DNA of 64,000 nucleotides from Candidatus Latescibacterota bacterium (GTDB taxonomy: Bacteria > Latescibacterota > UBA2968), in contig OZ242195.1 of assembly GCA_965205975.1 (NCBI GenBank), positions 544,001-608,000 of the forward strand, read 5' to 3'. The translations under genes were made by a program, and so were the position numbers. Below are positions 18,931 through 27,506 of this stretch, piece after piece. A model generated the notes under the pieces. It saw nothing but the letters and a program-made list of their open reading frames with translations. It had not been told where the DNA came from and did not search any database. Numbering within the stretch: position 1 is the first letter of the stretch; every line of letters begins with the position of its first letter.

Positions 18931-19044
18931 CTTGACGATGATCAAGCAATATCGCGGACGATGCTTCAAAGAATCGCGATCGCATTGAATCAAAGGGTCG
19001 AGATTAATTTTGTACCAGTGGAAAGGCAACAAGAGGTCGTGTAA
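18931..19044 (+). pseudogene. C-terminal remnant of an XRE-family HTH protein
   Basis: SRTMLQRIAIALNQRVEINFVPVERQQEVV*. Confidence 0.6.
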
Positions 19045-19078
19045 AAGTAGCGGGATGAATAGCGGAATCTGTCCGTAG

Positions 19079-19139
19079 AAACGGGGTAACTCCACTCTCG
19101 TGTTGGGTTGGATTTACCCCGTTTGGATTTACCCCGTTT
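19079..19139. repeat. 46-bp imperfect palindrome with 15-bp tandem duplication of its right arm
   Basis: AAACGGGGTAACTCCA-N14-TGGATTTACCCCGTTT, then GGATTTACCCCGTTT again. Confidence 0.85.
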
Positions 19140-19301
19140 TTAGTGTATAATTTAGAAGGTTCACCTCAATCATCCTGTGCCATCAGTTTTTCATAGGTGA
19201 TGGGTAATTGAAATGTTATACATCAAATCGGGTCAAGTCCATGTTGATAGACTTTGACCTTTGGATAGGTGGAGCAACAAATTTTTGACTGGAGGCAGAA
19301 C

Positions 19302-19493
19302 GTGAAATTTTCAGTGAATTTATCTGAAAATGAGGTCAAACGCCTACAGGCGACCGCTAAGCGACTGAATGTTCCTGTGGAGAAATTGGCTAAGGCAGCA
19401 TTAATCGACCTTTTACATTCGGATGCAGATTTTGAGCACGCTGCGGAGCATGTTCTAAAGAAGAATCGGGAACTCTATCGAAGGTTGAGTTGA
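19302..19493 (+). CDS. Small antitoxin upstream of Doc
   Basis: GGAGG RBS plus GTG; VLKKNRELYRRLS C-terminus; overlaps the doc start. Confidence 0.8.
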   Translation: MKFSVNLSENEVKRLQATAKRLNVPVEKLAKAALIDLLHSDADFEHAAEHVLKKNRELYRRLS

Positions 19494-19879
19494 TGCGTTA
19501 TATCAGTCTGAGTGAAGTGTTAGAACTTCATCGGCGTATTATTGAAGAAAGTGGCGGATCGACGGGGTTGCGTGACCTCGGCGGATTGGAATCAGCCATC
19601 GCCCAGCCCCGTATGACGTTTGGAGGTCGTGATCTTTACCCGACTCTGATTGAAAAAGCAGCCGCATTGTGTTTTTCTCTGGTTCAAAATCACCCGTTCA
19701 TTGATGGAAACAAGCGAGTAGGGCATGCCGCTATGGAAGTCATGCTAATTCTGAATGGGTATGAAATTTATGCTCCCGTAGATGATCAGGAACAGGTCAT
19801 TTTAGAACTTGCTTCAGGGGATGTTTCTCGTGATAAACTGATCGAATGGTTGACAGATCATATTGATGAAGTGAGATAA
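19493..19879 (+). CDS. doc: Death-on-curing (Fic/Doc) toxin
   Basis: GLRDLGGLESA, HPFIDGNKR. Confidence 0.92.
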   Translation: MRYISLSEVLELHRRIIEESGGSTGLRDLGGLESAIAQPRMTFGGRDLYPTLIEKAAALCFSLVQNHPFIDGNKRVGHAAMEVMLILNGYEIYAPVDDQEQVILELASGDVSRDKLIEWLTDHIDEVR

Positions 19880-20090
19880 TGGCAAAACAAAAGGCCGTAA
19901 GTATTGCTTTGTGGGAGCAAAAACTCACGACCTTTGAGGAATTATATAATGAAGCCACACCAAAGGAAAGAAAAGACCTCTTAAGGCTGCATATCAACTA
20001 CCTGATCTATACCCCTGATGGGATTCAACTCGCCTTATTTGACCCCAGTAGCAAAGCGGATAGGCCAAAGGTTCAGCGAGACGGCACATC
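19879..20090 (+). pseudogene. Probable C-terminal remnant of a large serine recombinase reading into the tRNA
   Basis: FEELYNEATPKERKDLLRLHINYLIYTPDGIQL, frame continuing antisense into the tRNA as GSGGRTRT. Confidence 0.55.
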
Positions 20091-20166
20091 TGGCTCCGGC
20101 GGTAGGACTCGAACCTACGACCCAGTGGTTAACAGCCACTTGCTCTGCCAGCTGAGCTACGCCGGA
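20091..20166 (-). tRNA. tRNA-Asn (GTT)
   Basis: Cloverleaf TCCGGCG...AGTGG-CTGTTAA-CCACT...GTTCGAGTC...CCA. Confidence 0.97.
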
Positions 20167-20190
20167 ACGTCATATTTCCAATAGCGATGA

Positions 20191-20219
20191 AATCTACTGG
20201 AAGTGAATAGTAGTGTCAA
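20191..20219 (-). promoter_or_regulatory. Sigma-70 promoter of tRNA-Asn
   Basis: TTGACA-N17-TAGATT on the minus strand. Confidence 0.65.
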
Positions 20220-20351
20220 GCGCAATTTTTGACCCGTTGACTTTGCAGCGTCTGGATATCAGGGCATTCTCCTTGACATCCTTTTGGTGAACATCTATGT
20301 TTCCAAAGGTTAGCCCAACCATCCAACCTACCAGTCCCCAGCCTCTTGCCT

Positions 20352-21077
20352 ATGTCAGATGAAAAATTGATACAGCGGATTGTTGCCGAAGTTGTGCGGC
20401 GGTTGAAGGCGTTGGAGGGGGGCGCGGTATCTGCACCGATTGACCCGCCGGTGAGTTTGGTGACGGAGGATCTGGTTAAATCTGCGATAAGTCGCGGTGG
20501 CGATGCGGTTTATGTGACGCCCAATGTGATTGTGACGCCGTTGGCGCGGGATTTGATACGGCAGCAGAAGGTGCGTCTGGTGGTCGTGGCTGATGATGAG
20601 GCCGTGATTCAAGAGCCGCAGAAATCGAGTGTATTAGCTATTGGTGCGGACCACAAGGGATTTGAACTTAAGAAACAGATTGTACTTATGTTGCAAGATG
20701 CCGGGCGAGAGGTGATGGATTGTGGTGTGCATAGCCCGCAAGAGGCGTCTTATGTCGGTGTGGCAAAGACGGTGGCTGACGTTGTTCTGGAAAAAAAATT
20801 GATGACGGGTATTGTGGTTGATGGGGGAGGTACTGGGGCTGCTCTCGTTGCGAATAAGGTAAAGGGAATTCGCGCTGTTTCGTGTCACGATGTGACGTCG
20901 GCCAAATTTGCCCGCGCCCATGTGGATGCCAATATTTTGTGTCTCGGTGTGGGCGTGGTGGGTGATACCGTGGCGAAAGAGATTGTTGCGACGTGGTTGA
21001 GTACCCCGTTTGAAGGCGGTCAATATGCCGCGCGTGTTCGAGAAATTGGTGAGGTGGAAGGTGGGAATGAGGATTGA
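20352..21077 (+). CDS. RpiB/LacA/LacB sugar-phosphate isomerase with N-terminal extension
   Basis: AIGADHKG, ANKVKGIRA, ARAHVDANIL, FEGG. Confidence 0.85.
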   Translation: MSDEKLIQRIVAEVVRRLKALEGGAVSAPIDPPVSLVTEDLVKSAISRGGDAVYVTPNVIVTPLARDLIRQQKVRLVVVADDEAVIQEPQKSSVLAIGADHKGFELKKQIVLMLQDAGREVMDCGVHSPQEASYVGVAKTVADVVLEKKLMTGIVVDGGGTGAALVANKVKGIRAVSCHDVTSAKFARAHVDANILCLGVGVVGDTVAKEIVATWLSTPFEGGQYAARVREIGEVEGGNED

Positions 21078-21107
21078 GTTGAATGTCTTTCTCAGCAGGG
21101 GGTGTCT

Positions 21108-21878
21108 ATGCTTTCACAGGAGCAACTGGCGCAGTATGACCGGGATGGGTATGTGCTGGTGTCGGGATTGATTCCAGAAGAGACAATTGCCAATGCAGAA
21201 GCTGCGATGTGGTCTGTGCTCGGGATGGATCGGGATGATCCGGCTTCGTGGTCTCCTTTGCCAGACGAAACAGATGGGGTGAATACAATCGCCCGCCAGG
21301 GAGTGATTGAACATTTTGGGGTTCGTGATCCCGCGTTGCTGGCTTGTTGTACGCCCGCGTTTTACGAGGCGCAGAGCCAATTGGTTCGGGAGAATGCAGG
21401 TGCATTTCACTGTCAGAAACCACAACCCGAGGCAGTGTGGGCACGCAGTGTATTTCCGGTTTCGAAAGGCTGGAATTATCTCAGTGGGCATGTCGATGGT
21501 GGACATCGACCTTTTGATGTTTTTCCAGGGTCATTCCGGGTTTCCTCTCTGACTTATCTCGATTCTGGTGTTGCGCAAGGTGGTGGGACCGCGGTCTGGC
21601 CAGGGTCGCATCGGAAGTTCAGCGAGATGGCAGTGCAGGATCCCGATCGGTTTCGAATGCTGTCGGATTTTGCGAAGCCGCAACAAAGGTTCGGTCTGGG
21701 AGAGCCGATTGAGTTGAGGCCGTCCCGAGGCGATGTCATGTTTTTTCATTATTTGTTAGTACACTGCGGATCTCTCAATACAAGCAATAAACCGCGTTTT
21801 GCCCTCCGCTGGATGTGTGCTTGTGACGCATGTCGCATCTGGGAAAAACACGGCGAGTGGAATATCTGGATGCCCTGA
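21108..21878 (+). CDS. PhyH-family dioxygenase
   Basis: YDRDGY, HVD, GGGT..WPGSH, GDV..H..H..N...R. Confidence 0.85.
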   Translation: MLSQEQLAQYDRDGYVLVSGLIPEETIANAEAAMWSVLGMDRDDPASWSPLPDETDGVNTIARQGVIEHFGVRDPALLACCTPAFYEAQSQLVRENAGAFHCQKPQPEAVWARSVFPVSKGWNYLSGHVDGGHRPFDVFPGSFRVSSLTYLDSGVAQGGGTAVWPGSHRKFSEMAVQDPDRFRMLSDFAKPQQRFGLGEPIELRPSRGDVMFFHYLLVHCGSLNTSNKPRFALRWMCACDACRIWEKHGEWNIWMP

Positions 21879-21954
21879 TGTTGATGGTTGACTCTGTGTG
21901 GGGAAACCCGTATATTTTTTCCTCTATGACCAGTGTTGTTTTTGCGGAGTATCC

Positions 21955-22413
21955 GTGCTGGATGATGACCTGACAGGCATGAATTTTGCGCTCGAAGAAG
22001 CCCGCGTGGCGGCAAGCGAACAGGAAGTGCCTATTGGCGCTGTTGTGATGCACAATGGCGAGGTAATCGCACGAGATCACAATCGCATTGTCCAGCGAAA
22101 TGATCCCACCGCGCATGCCGAAATGCTCGTTATTGGGCAGGCAACAAAAAAGTTGGGCGTTCGGTGGCTAAATAACTGCACGCTTTACGCAACGCTGGAA
22201 CCCTGTGCGATGTGTGCAGGTGCTATGGTGCTTGCCCGATTGTCCCGGTTGGTTTTTGGGGCTTGTGATCCCAAAACCGGGGCTTGTGGATCCCTGAGAA
22301 ATATTGTGGAAGATACACGTCTGAATCACCGCCTATGTGTGCGCCGAGGCGTTTTAGAAGATGCGTGTGGTCAGGTGTTGCGGGCGTTTTTTCAAACTTT
22401 GCGGAAGAAATAA
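21955..22413 (+). CDS. tadA: tRNA adenosine(34) deaminase
   Basis: EVPIGAV, HAE, TLEPCAMC, DPKTGA. Confidence 0.93.
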   Translation: MLDDDLTGMNFALEEARVAASEQEVPIGAVVMHNGEVIARDHNRIVQRNDPTAHAEMLVIGQATKKLGVRWLNNCTLYATLEPCAMCAGAMVLARLSRLVFGACDPKTGACGSLRNIVEDTRLNHRLCVRRGVLEDACGQVLRAFFQTLRKK

Positions 22414-22418
22414 ATAGT

Positions 22419-22508
<90 letters not shown>

Positions 22509-22568
22509 AAAATAAGCACACAGGTGTATGTGTGAGAAAGCTGATAGCTGATCGCTTACAGCTATATA

Positions 22569-22658
<90 letters not shown>

Positions 22659-22677
22659 AAAATATCACGAGGTTGTT

Positions 22678-23049
22678 ATGCCGCATCCCATTCGCATTAC
22701 AGTTGGCGATATTGAACTCGACGCCGAGTTGAACGATTCGCAAACAGCGGACAAAATTCGCGAGGTTTTGCCGCTGGATTGTTCGTTTAATACGTGGGGC
22801 GATGAGATTTATTTTTCAATTCCCGTTCAAGCGGGTCCCGAAGATGCATGTGAAACTGTGGCGTTGAACGACCTCGGATATTGGCCGCCGGGTCATGCAT
22901 TTTGCATTTTTTACGGTCAGACCCCGGCCAGTCATGGAGATGAAATTCGTCCCGCAAGTCCCGTCAATATTATTGGACGGGTGCTGGGCGATGCCACGGT
23001 GCTCAAATCTGTTTCGGGAGTACGCAACATCGTGGTTGAAGCCGTTTAG
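22678..23049 (+). CDS. Cyclophilin-like fold protein (DUF369-like)
   Basis: NTWGDEIYF, YWPPG.AFCIFYG.TP. Confidence 0.85.
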   Translation: MPHPIRITVGDIELDAELNDSQTADKIREVLPLDCSFNTWGDEIYFSIPVQAGPEDACETVALNDLGYWPPGHAFCIFYGQTPASHGDEIRPASPVNIIGRVLGDATVLKSVSGVRNIVVEAV

Positions 23050-23050
23050 G

Positions 23051-23127
<77 letters not shown>

Positions 23128-23182
23128 AAATATATTGTTTAAGAGGCGAGAGGTGAGATTCCTCTTGTATCTCACTGTTTTC

Positions 23183-23457
23183 AGGTCGTGCTAGACGGGG
23201 AGATAGCGGTGCCCTGTAGCCCGCAATCCGCTATAGCGGGGTCGAATTCCACGTCTGAGAACCGGTATTTTGGATCGCGGTCAATGAGTAGGCAGCGTAG
23301 ATCGTCAGGTCCTGCGCAACGTGCCTATGCCGAACCCCGTCAGGACCGGAAGGTAGCAGCGGTAAGCAAATCGGTGCGTGTGCCGCAGGGGCACCTGGCA
23401 GGAGCGAGCGCTCATTGAACGCCCTGGGATAGCGGCTCGAAGCGCGGTGCACGACCT
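23183..23457 (+). ncRNA. ffs: Large bacterial SRP RNA (with Alu domain)
   Basis: Helix 8 GTCAGGACCGGAAGGTAGCAGC; 5' GTGCTAGACGGGGAG..GCGGTGCCCTGTA; pairing termini AGGTCGTGC/GCACGACCT; upstream of dnaX. Confidence 0.92.
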
Positions 23458-23505
23458 TTTTTCAGGTTGGGGGCTGGGGTTGGAAAGGCCCCTTTTGGAG
23501 TTCTT

Positions 23506-25218
23506 ATGTCTTACACGGTAATGGCCCGAAAGCGAAGGCCACAGGCATTTGAAACAGTGGTTGCACAAAGCCATGTGACCACCACATTGCAAAACGCCAT
23601 TCGGCTGGAGCGGGTGGCGCAATCGTACCTGTTTTCCGGGCCGAGAGGAACGGGTAAGACCACGACGGCGCGATTGCTCGCCATGGCACTCAATTGCGAG
23701 CAGGGGCCAACGGCTGAACCGTGTGGAGAGTGTGCTTCGTGTGTTGCCATCCGTCAGGGCAACAGCATGGATGTGCTGGAGATTGACGGGGCTTCGAATC
23801 GCGGGATTGATGAAATCAGGCAATTGCGGGAAGAGGTGGGGTATGCGGCTTCGCAAGGCAAGCGCAAGGTTTATATTATCGATGAAGTACACATGCTTAC
23901 TACCGAGGCTTTTAATGCCTTGCTCAAAACGCTCGAAGAACCGCCAGCGCATGTTGTTTTTGTATTTGCAACTACTGAAGCCCACAAAGTACCCGAGACC
24001 ATTTTATCCCGGTGTCAGCGCTACAATTTCCGGCGCATTCCACCCACGGCAATTGTGGAAGAGCTCAAAAGGGCTGTGGATGAAGAAGGCGTAACAGCGG
24101 AAGAAACGGCGCTGTTTTTGATCGCGCGAAAAGCCGATGGGGGCATGCGCGATGCACTGAGTTTGTTGGATCAGGTCATTGCATTTTCAGATGCTGGTAT
24201 TACGGAAGATGCGGTACAAAATTTACTGGGTTTGATTCCTCGGGATGTGTATTTTGACCTGACGCAGGCCATTGTGGAGCGGGATGGTGCCCGCGCATTG
24301 GGGATTGTTGACGAACTGGCACGCGAAGGCAGTGACCTGGGTGAATTTGTGGCGGGGCTGATGGCGCATTTTCGACATTTGCTCGTTGCTTGTGCCGCAG
24401 GAGATTTAACGGATGAACCAGAAGCTGACCGCGTGCAGTATGCAGAGGTTGCCGAGCAATTTGAAGAGGCAGATCTCGTGCGCATGCTCAATGCCGTGGG
24501 GGAATTGGAAACGCAGATTAGTCGGGTGACCGAGCCGCGATTTTGGCTTGAATTGACGGTTATGAAGCTGGTACAGATGACGTCAAGTGTAGATTTGCAG
24601 GTTTTGATTAGTCGATTAGAACAACTCGAACGGGGGTTAAAAAGCCAGGGAACGGCTACTGAAACGCGGCGGCCATTGCCCAGGCCCCAATCTGCACAAA
24701 AAGCGACATCATCTGGATCTGGCCCGCGTGCCAGGGTAGATAAGTTACTGCCGCCAAAAGCCGATCCCAAATCTTCACCTCCGCAACCGCAGGGCAACGG
24801 TCATCCTCTGGTGAAACAGCCAGAAGAAGAAATACCTCCAATGTCAGATGTGTCTTCAGAAGAGCCGCCAGATTTTTCTATTATAAAAGATAAGTGGGCA
24901 GAACTGGTACAGGCAGTGAAGAGCAAGAGCATATCGGTGGGCACATTTTTGGCCGAAGGCCGCCCGCAATCAATGGATGGGCGACTTTTAATGGTGTCCT
25001 TTCACAAGCAGAGCCACGAATTTCACGCCAATCAGGTGCGGCGCAGCCGCGCTCTGGTTGAAGAAGTTGCGCGCGGTGTTTTTGGAGGTACAGTCACCAT
25101 CTCATGTAAGGTTGTTTACGATGATAATAAAGAGCAAATAGTTGAGGAGATGGGTGCAGAAGAAGATGAGCGCGTGCAGATGGTGATGCAGGTGTTTAGT
25201 GGGGAAGTAATCAGGTAG
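23506..25218 (+). CDS. dnaX: DNA polymerase III subunit gamma/tau
   Basis: GPRGTGKTT, zinc-binding Cys, DEVHML, SRC. Confidence 0.96.
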   Translation: MSYTVMARKRRPQAFETVVAQSHVTTTLQNAIRLERVAQSYLFSGPRGTGKTTTARLLAMALNCEQGPTAEPCGECASCVAIRQGNSMDVLEIDGASNRGIDEIRQLREEVGYAASQGKRKVYIIDEVHMLTTEAFNALLKTLEEPPAHVVFVFATTEAHKVPETILSRCQRYNFRRIPPTAIVEELKRAVDEEGVTAEETALFLIARKADGGMRDALSLLDQVIAFSDAGITEDAVQNLLGLIPRDVYFDLTQAIVERDGARALGIVDELAREGSDLGEFVAGLMAHFRHLLVACAAGDLTDEPEADRVQYAEVAEQFEEADLVRMLNAVGELETQISRVTEPRFWLELTVMKLVQMTSSVDLQVLISRLEQLERGLKSQGTATETRRPLPRPQSAQKATSSGSGPRARVDKLLPPKADPKSSPPQPQGNGHPLVKQPEEEIPPMSDVSSEEPPDFSIIKDKWAELVQAVKSKSISVGTFLAEGRPQSMDGRLLMVSFHKQSHEFHANQVRRSRALVEEVARGVFGGTVTISCKVVYDDNKEQIVEEMGAEEDERVQMVMQVFSGEVIR

Positions 25219-25260
25219 GGATTGCTGCGTTGGGAACATTGCTTTTTAAGGAGATAGAGT

Positions 25261-25587
25261 ATGGCAAAAGGTATGGGCGCAATGATGAAGCAGGCTCAAA
25301 AGTTGCAGGCCAAGCTGTCGAGAGTGCAAGATGAACTGGGTGCAAAAGAGGTAGAGGCAACTTCGGGTGGGGGTATGGTGACAGTAAGGGCCAGTGGTCA
25401 TCAAGATATTTTGTCGATAAAAATTGATCCCGAAGTCGTCGATCCCGAAGATGTGGAAATGTTGGAAGACCTGGTGCTGGCAGCGGTTCAGCAGGCGCGT
25501 CAAAAAGCTGCGGACATGGCCGAGGCAGAAATGCAGAAAGCCACAGCGGGCCTTATTCCGCCCGGCATGAATATGCCGGGGTTCTGA
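25261..25587 (+). CDS. ybaB: YbaB/EbfC nucleoid-associated protein
   Basis: QAQKLQ, SGGGMV, LEDLVLAA; synteny. Confidence 0.95.
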   Translation: MAKGMGAMMKQAQKLQAKLSRVQDELGAKEVEATSGGGMVTVRASGHQDILSIKIDPEVVDPEDVEMLEDLVLAAVQQARQKAADMAEAEMQKATAGLIPPGMNMPGF

Positions 25588-25632
25588 GATTGGAAACGCG
25601 AAGTCCTCGCACGATAGTTTTTGGAGTTTTCC

Positions 25633-26226
25633 ATGGCATCAGAAGCCATTGAAAAATTGATTGTCGCTTTGAATCGGTTGCCAGGGATCGGTGCTAAAAC
25701 AGCACGCCGTCTCGCGCTGGAGATGTTGACATGGGATACGGATGAGGTGCGCGAACTCGCCGATTTGATGGTGGATGTCAAGACCCGGGTGAGGCGGTGC
25801 TCAATTTGTTTTAATTTGACTGAGGTTGAGCCGTGTTCTGTGTGCAGCGATATGCGTCGAGATCGTTCCAGTGTGATGGTAATTGATTTTATCGGCGATC
25901 TTTTGGCATTTGAGCGCACCGGACTTTATCGGGGGCTTTATCACGTACTGGACGGGCGAATTTCGCCTCTGGATGGTATTGGTCCAGAAGACTTGAATAT
26001 TTCCCAGTTGCTCCACCGCTTGCGCCAGGGGGAAATTCGGGAAGTGATTCTCGCCAACGGCCCGACGGTAGAGGGCGATGCCACAGCACAATATTTGTCT
26101 CAATGTTTGACTCCGTTTGAAGTATCTGTCACACAAATTGCGCGCGGGTTGCCAGTGGGCAGTGATCTCGCCCTGGCCGATCAAGTGACATTGTCACGTG
26201 CGCTGGAAGGCCGTCGGGAGTATTAA
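25633..26226 (+). CDS. recR: Recombination mediator RecR
   Basis: LPGIGAKTARRL, C4 zinc finger, ISPLDGIGPE. Confidence 0.95.
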   Translation: MASEAIEKLIVALNRLPGIGAKTARRLALEMLTWDTDEVRELADLMVDVKTRVRRCSICFNLTEVEPCSVCSDMRRDRSSVMVIDFIGDLLAFERTGLYRGLYHVLDGRISPLDGIGPEDLNISQLLHRLRQGEIREVILANGPTVEGDATAQYLSQCLTPFEVSVTQIARGLPVGSDLALADQVTLSRALEGRREY

Positions 26227-26868
26227 ATGCCCCAGGTAAATACCATAGAGTCTAATCGCATGACAATGCCTGAGCCGCATACCCCAAATCGGTTGTGGAC
26301 AGTGCCCAATGTCTTAACAGTGTCGCGTCTGTTGCTTACGCCTGTGTTTTTGCTGTTGATTTTTGCTGCCAACTGGTATTTCAAAATCCTCGCACTACTC
26401 GTATTTACCGTAGCCTCGCTGACCGATTTCTACGATGGGCGCATCGCGAGGCGCGATGGCACAGTGACCAATTTTGGTCGCTTTATGGATCCGCTGGCCG
26501 ATAAGTTACTGGTATCTGCGGCATTGATTGCATTTGTGCATTTGGGCATGGTTGAAGCATGGCTTATCGGAGCGATGCTCGTGCGAGATGTCGTAATTAC
26601 GGGATTGCGAATTTTTGCGATTCGGCGCGGCAAGCCCGTGGTAACTTCACAACTTGCCAAGTGGAAAACAATGCTGCAATTGGTGCTTGTTTTTGGAATT
26701 TTGATCTTTATTAATGTGCGGGTAGTTGAAGCCGAATTGGCTGCCCAACCAATTGTGCTCGTGGGCGATATTTCTTATTGGGTTTTGAATGTCCTGGTGG
26801 CTGTAGTGACCCTCGTTGCCGTAATTTCAGGCGTCCGATATTTAATTGAAAATCGCAAGACGTTTTGA
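26227..26868 (+). CDS. pgsA: CDP-diacylglycerol--glycerol-3-phosphate 3-phosphatidyltransferase
   Basis: PNVLT, DFYDGRIAR..G.FMDPLADK; start may be 26260 or 26266. Confidence 0.92.
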   Translation: MPQVNTIESNRMTMPEPHTPNRLWTVPNVLTVSRLLLTPVFLLLIFAANWYFKILALLVFTVASLTDFYDGRIARRDGTVTNFGRFMDPLADKLLVSAALIAFVHLGMVEAWLIGAMLVRDVVITGLRIFAIRRGKPVVTSQLAKWKTMLQLVLVFGILIFINVRVVEAELAAQPIVLVGDISYWVLNVLVAVVTLVAVISGVRYLIENRKTF

Positions 26869-26890
26869 GGCGAGCGAATAGCTAACTGCT

Positions 26891-27370
26891 ATGACAGATT
26901 TTCGGCCTCCTGAGCCATCATTTTTTGTCCGGTTGATTGCAACCGGCTTTTTTTCTGGCTATTCGAGTTTTGCCCCGGGCACAGCCGGGTCAGGCGTGGC
27001 ATTGGTGATTTATTGTCTGTTGCCACCACTGAACTCGTGGGCGTGGGGTGGGCTACTGGTGGGGCTATTTTTCGTAGGGGTTTATACATCCGGGGCATGT
27101 GAAAAAGCCTGGGGTAAAGATCCCAGATATGTGGTGATTGACGAGTTTGTGGGTTTTTTTGTGACGGTAAGTCTGTTTCCGCAGTCGGTGTTGATGGGCA
27201 TTGTTGGCTTTGTCGTGTTTCGAATACTGGATATTACTAAGCCACCGCCCGCTCGACAGGTCGAGGCATTGCCCGGTGGGTGGGGTATTGTAGGTGACGA
27301 CGTGATTGTGGGAATTTATGGACATCTGATTCTGATATTATGGCTGGCATTCGCACCTTTGTCGCATTAG
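26891..27370 (+). CDS. pgpA: Phosphatidylglycerophosphatase A
   Basis: APGTAGS, DP..VVIDE, FRILDI.KP, DDV. Confidence 0.92.
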   Translation: MTDFRPPEPSFFVRLIATGFFSGYSSFAPGTAGSGVALVIYCLLPPLNSWAWGGLLVGLFFVGVYTSGACEKAWGKDPRYVVIDEFVGFFVTVSLFPQSVLMGIVGFVVFRILDITKPPPARQVEALPGGWGIVGDDVIVGIYGHLILILWLAFAPLSH

Positions 27371-27402
27371 AGATGTCCCGTTTTAGATCGCTAAATAGTT
27401 TC

Positions 27403-27431
27403 TTGACGTATATACAAATGTTCACTATACT
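27403..27431 (+). promoter_or_regulatory. recA promoter with putative LexA box in the spacer
   Basis: TTGACG-N17-TATACT; ATAC-AAAT-GTTC at 27412-27423. Confidence 0.6.
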
Positions 27432-27506
27432 TGTTGCACATTGTGCGGTGCAGGAGACGAGAGGGGCTGCGCCGTGATCCCAAACCTTTTGTAAGGAGAG
27501 ATGCAG

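Noticed and set aside
14160..19300. Integron cassette array
   Set aside because: No intI and no convincing RYYYAAC...GTTRRRY attC pairs at the gene boundaries.
22538..22564. AGCTGAT-like heptamer repeats between the two tRNA-Ser genes
   Set aside because: Only 3-4 degenerate units, so no function can be supported.
24631..24650. dnaX programmed frameshift site
   Set aside because: Only five A residues before the G and no in-frame slippery heptamer or long A run.
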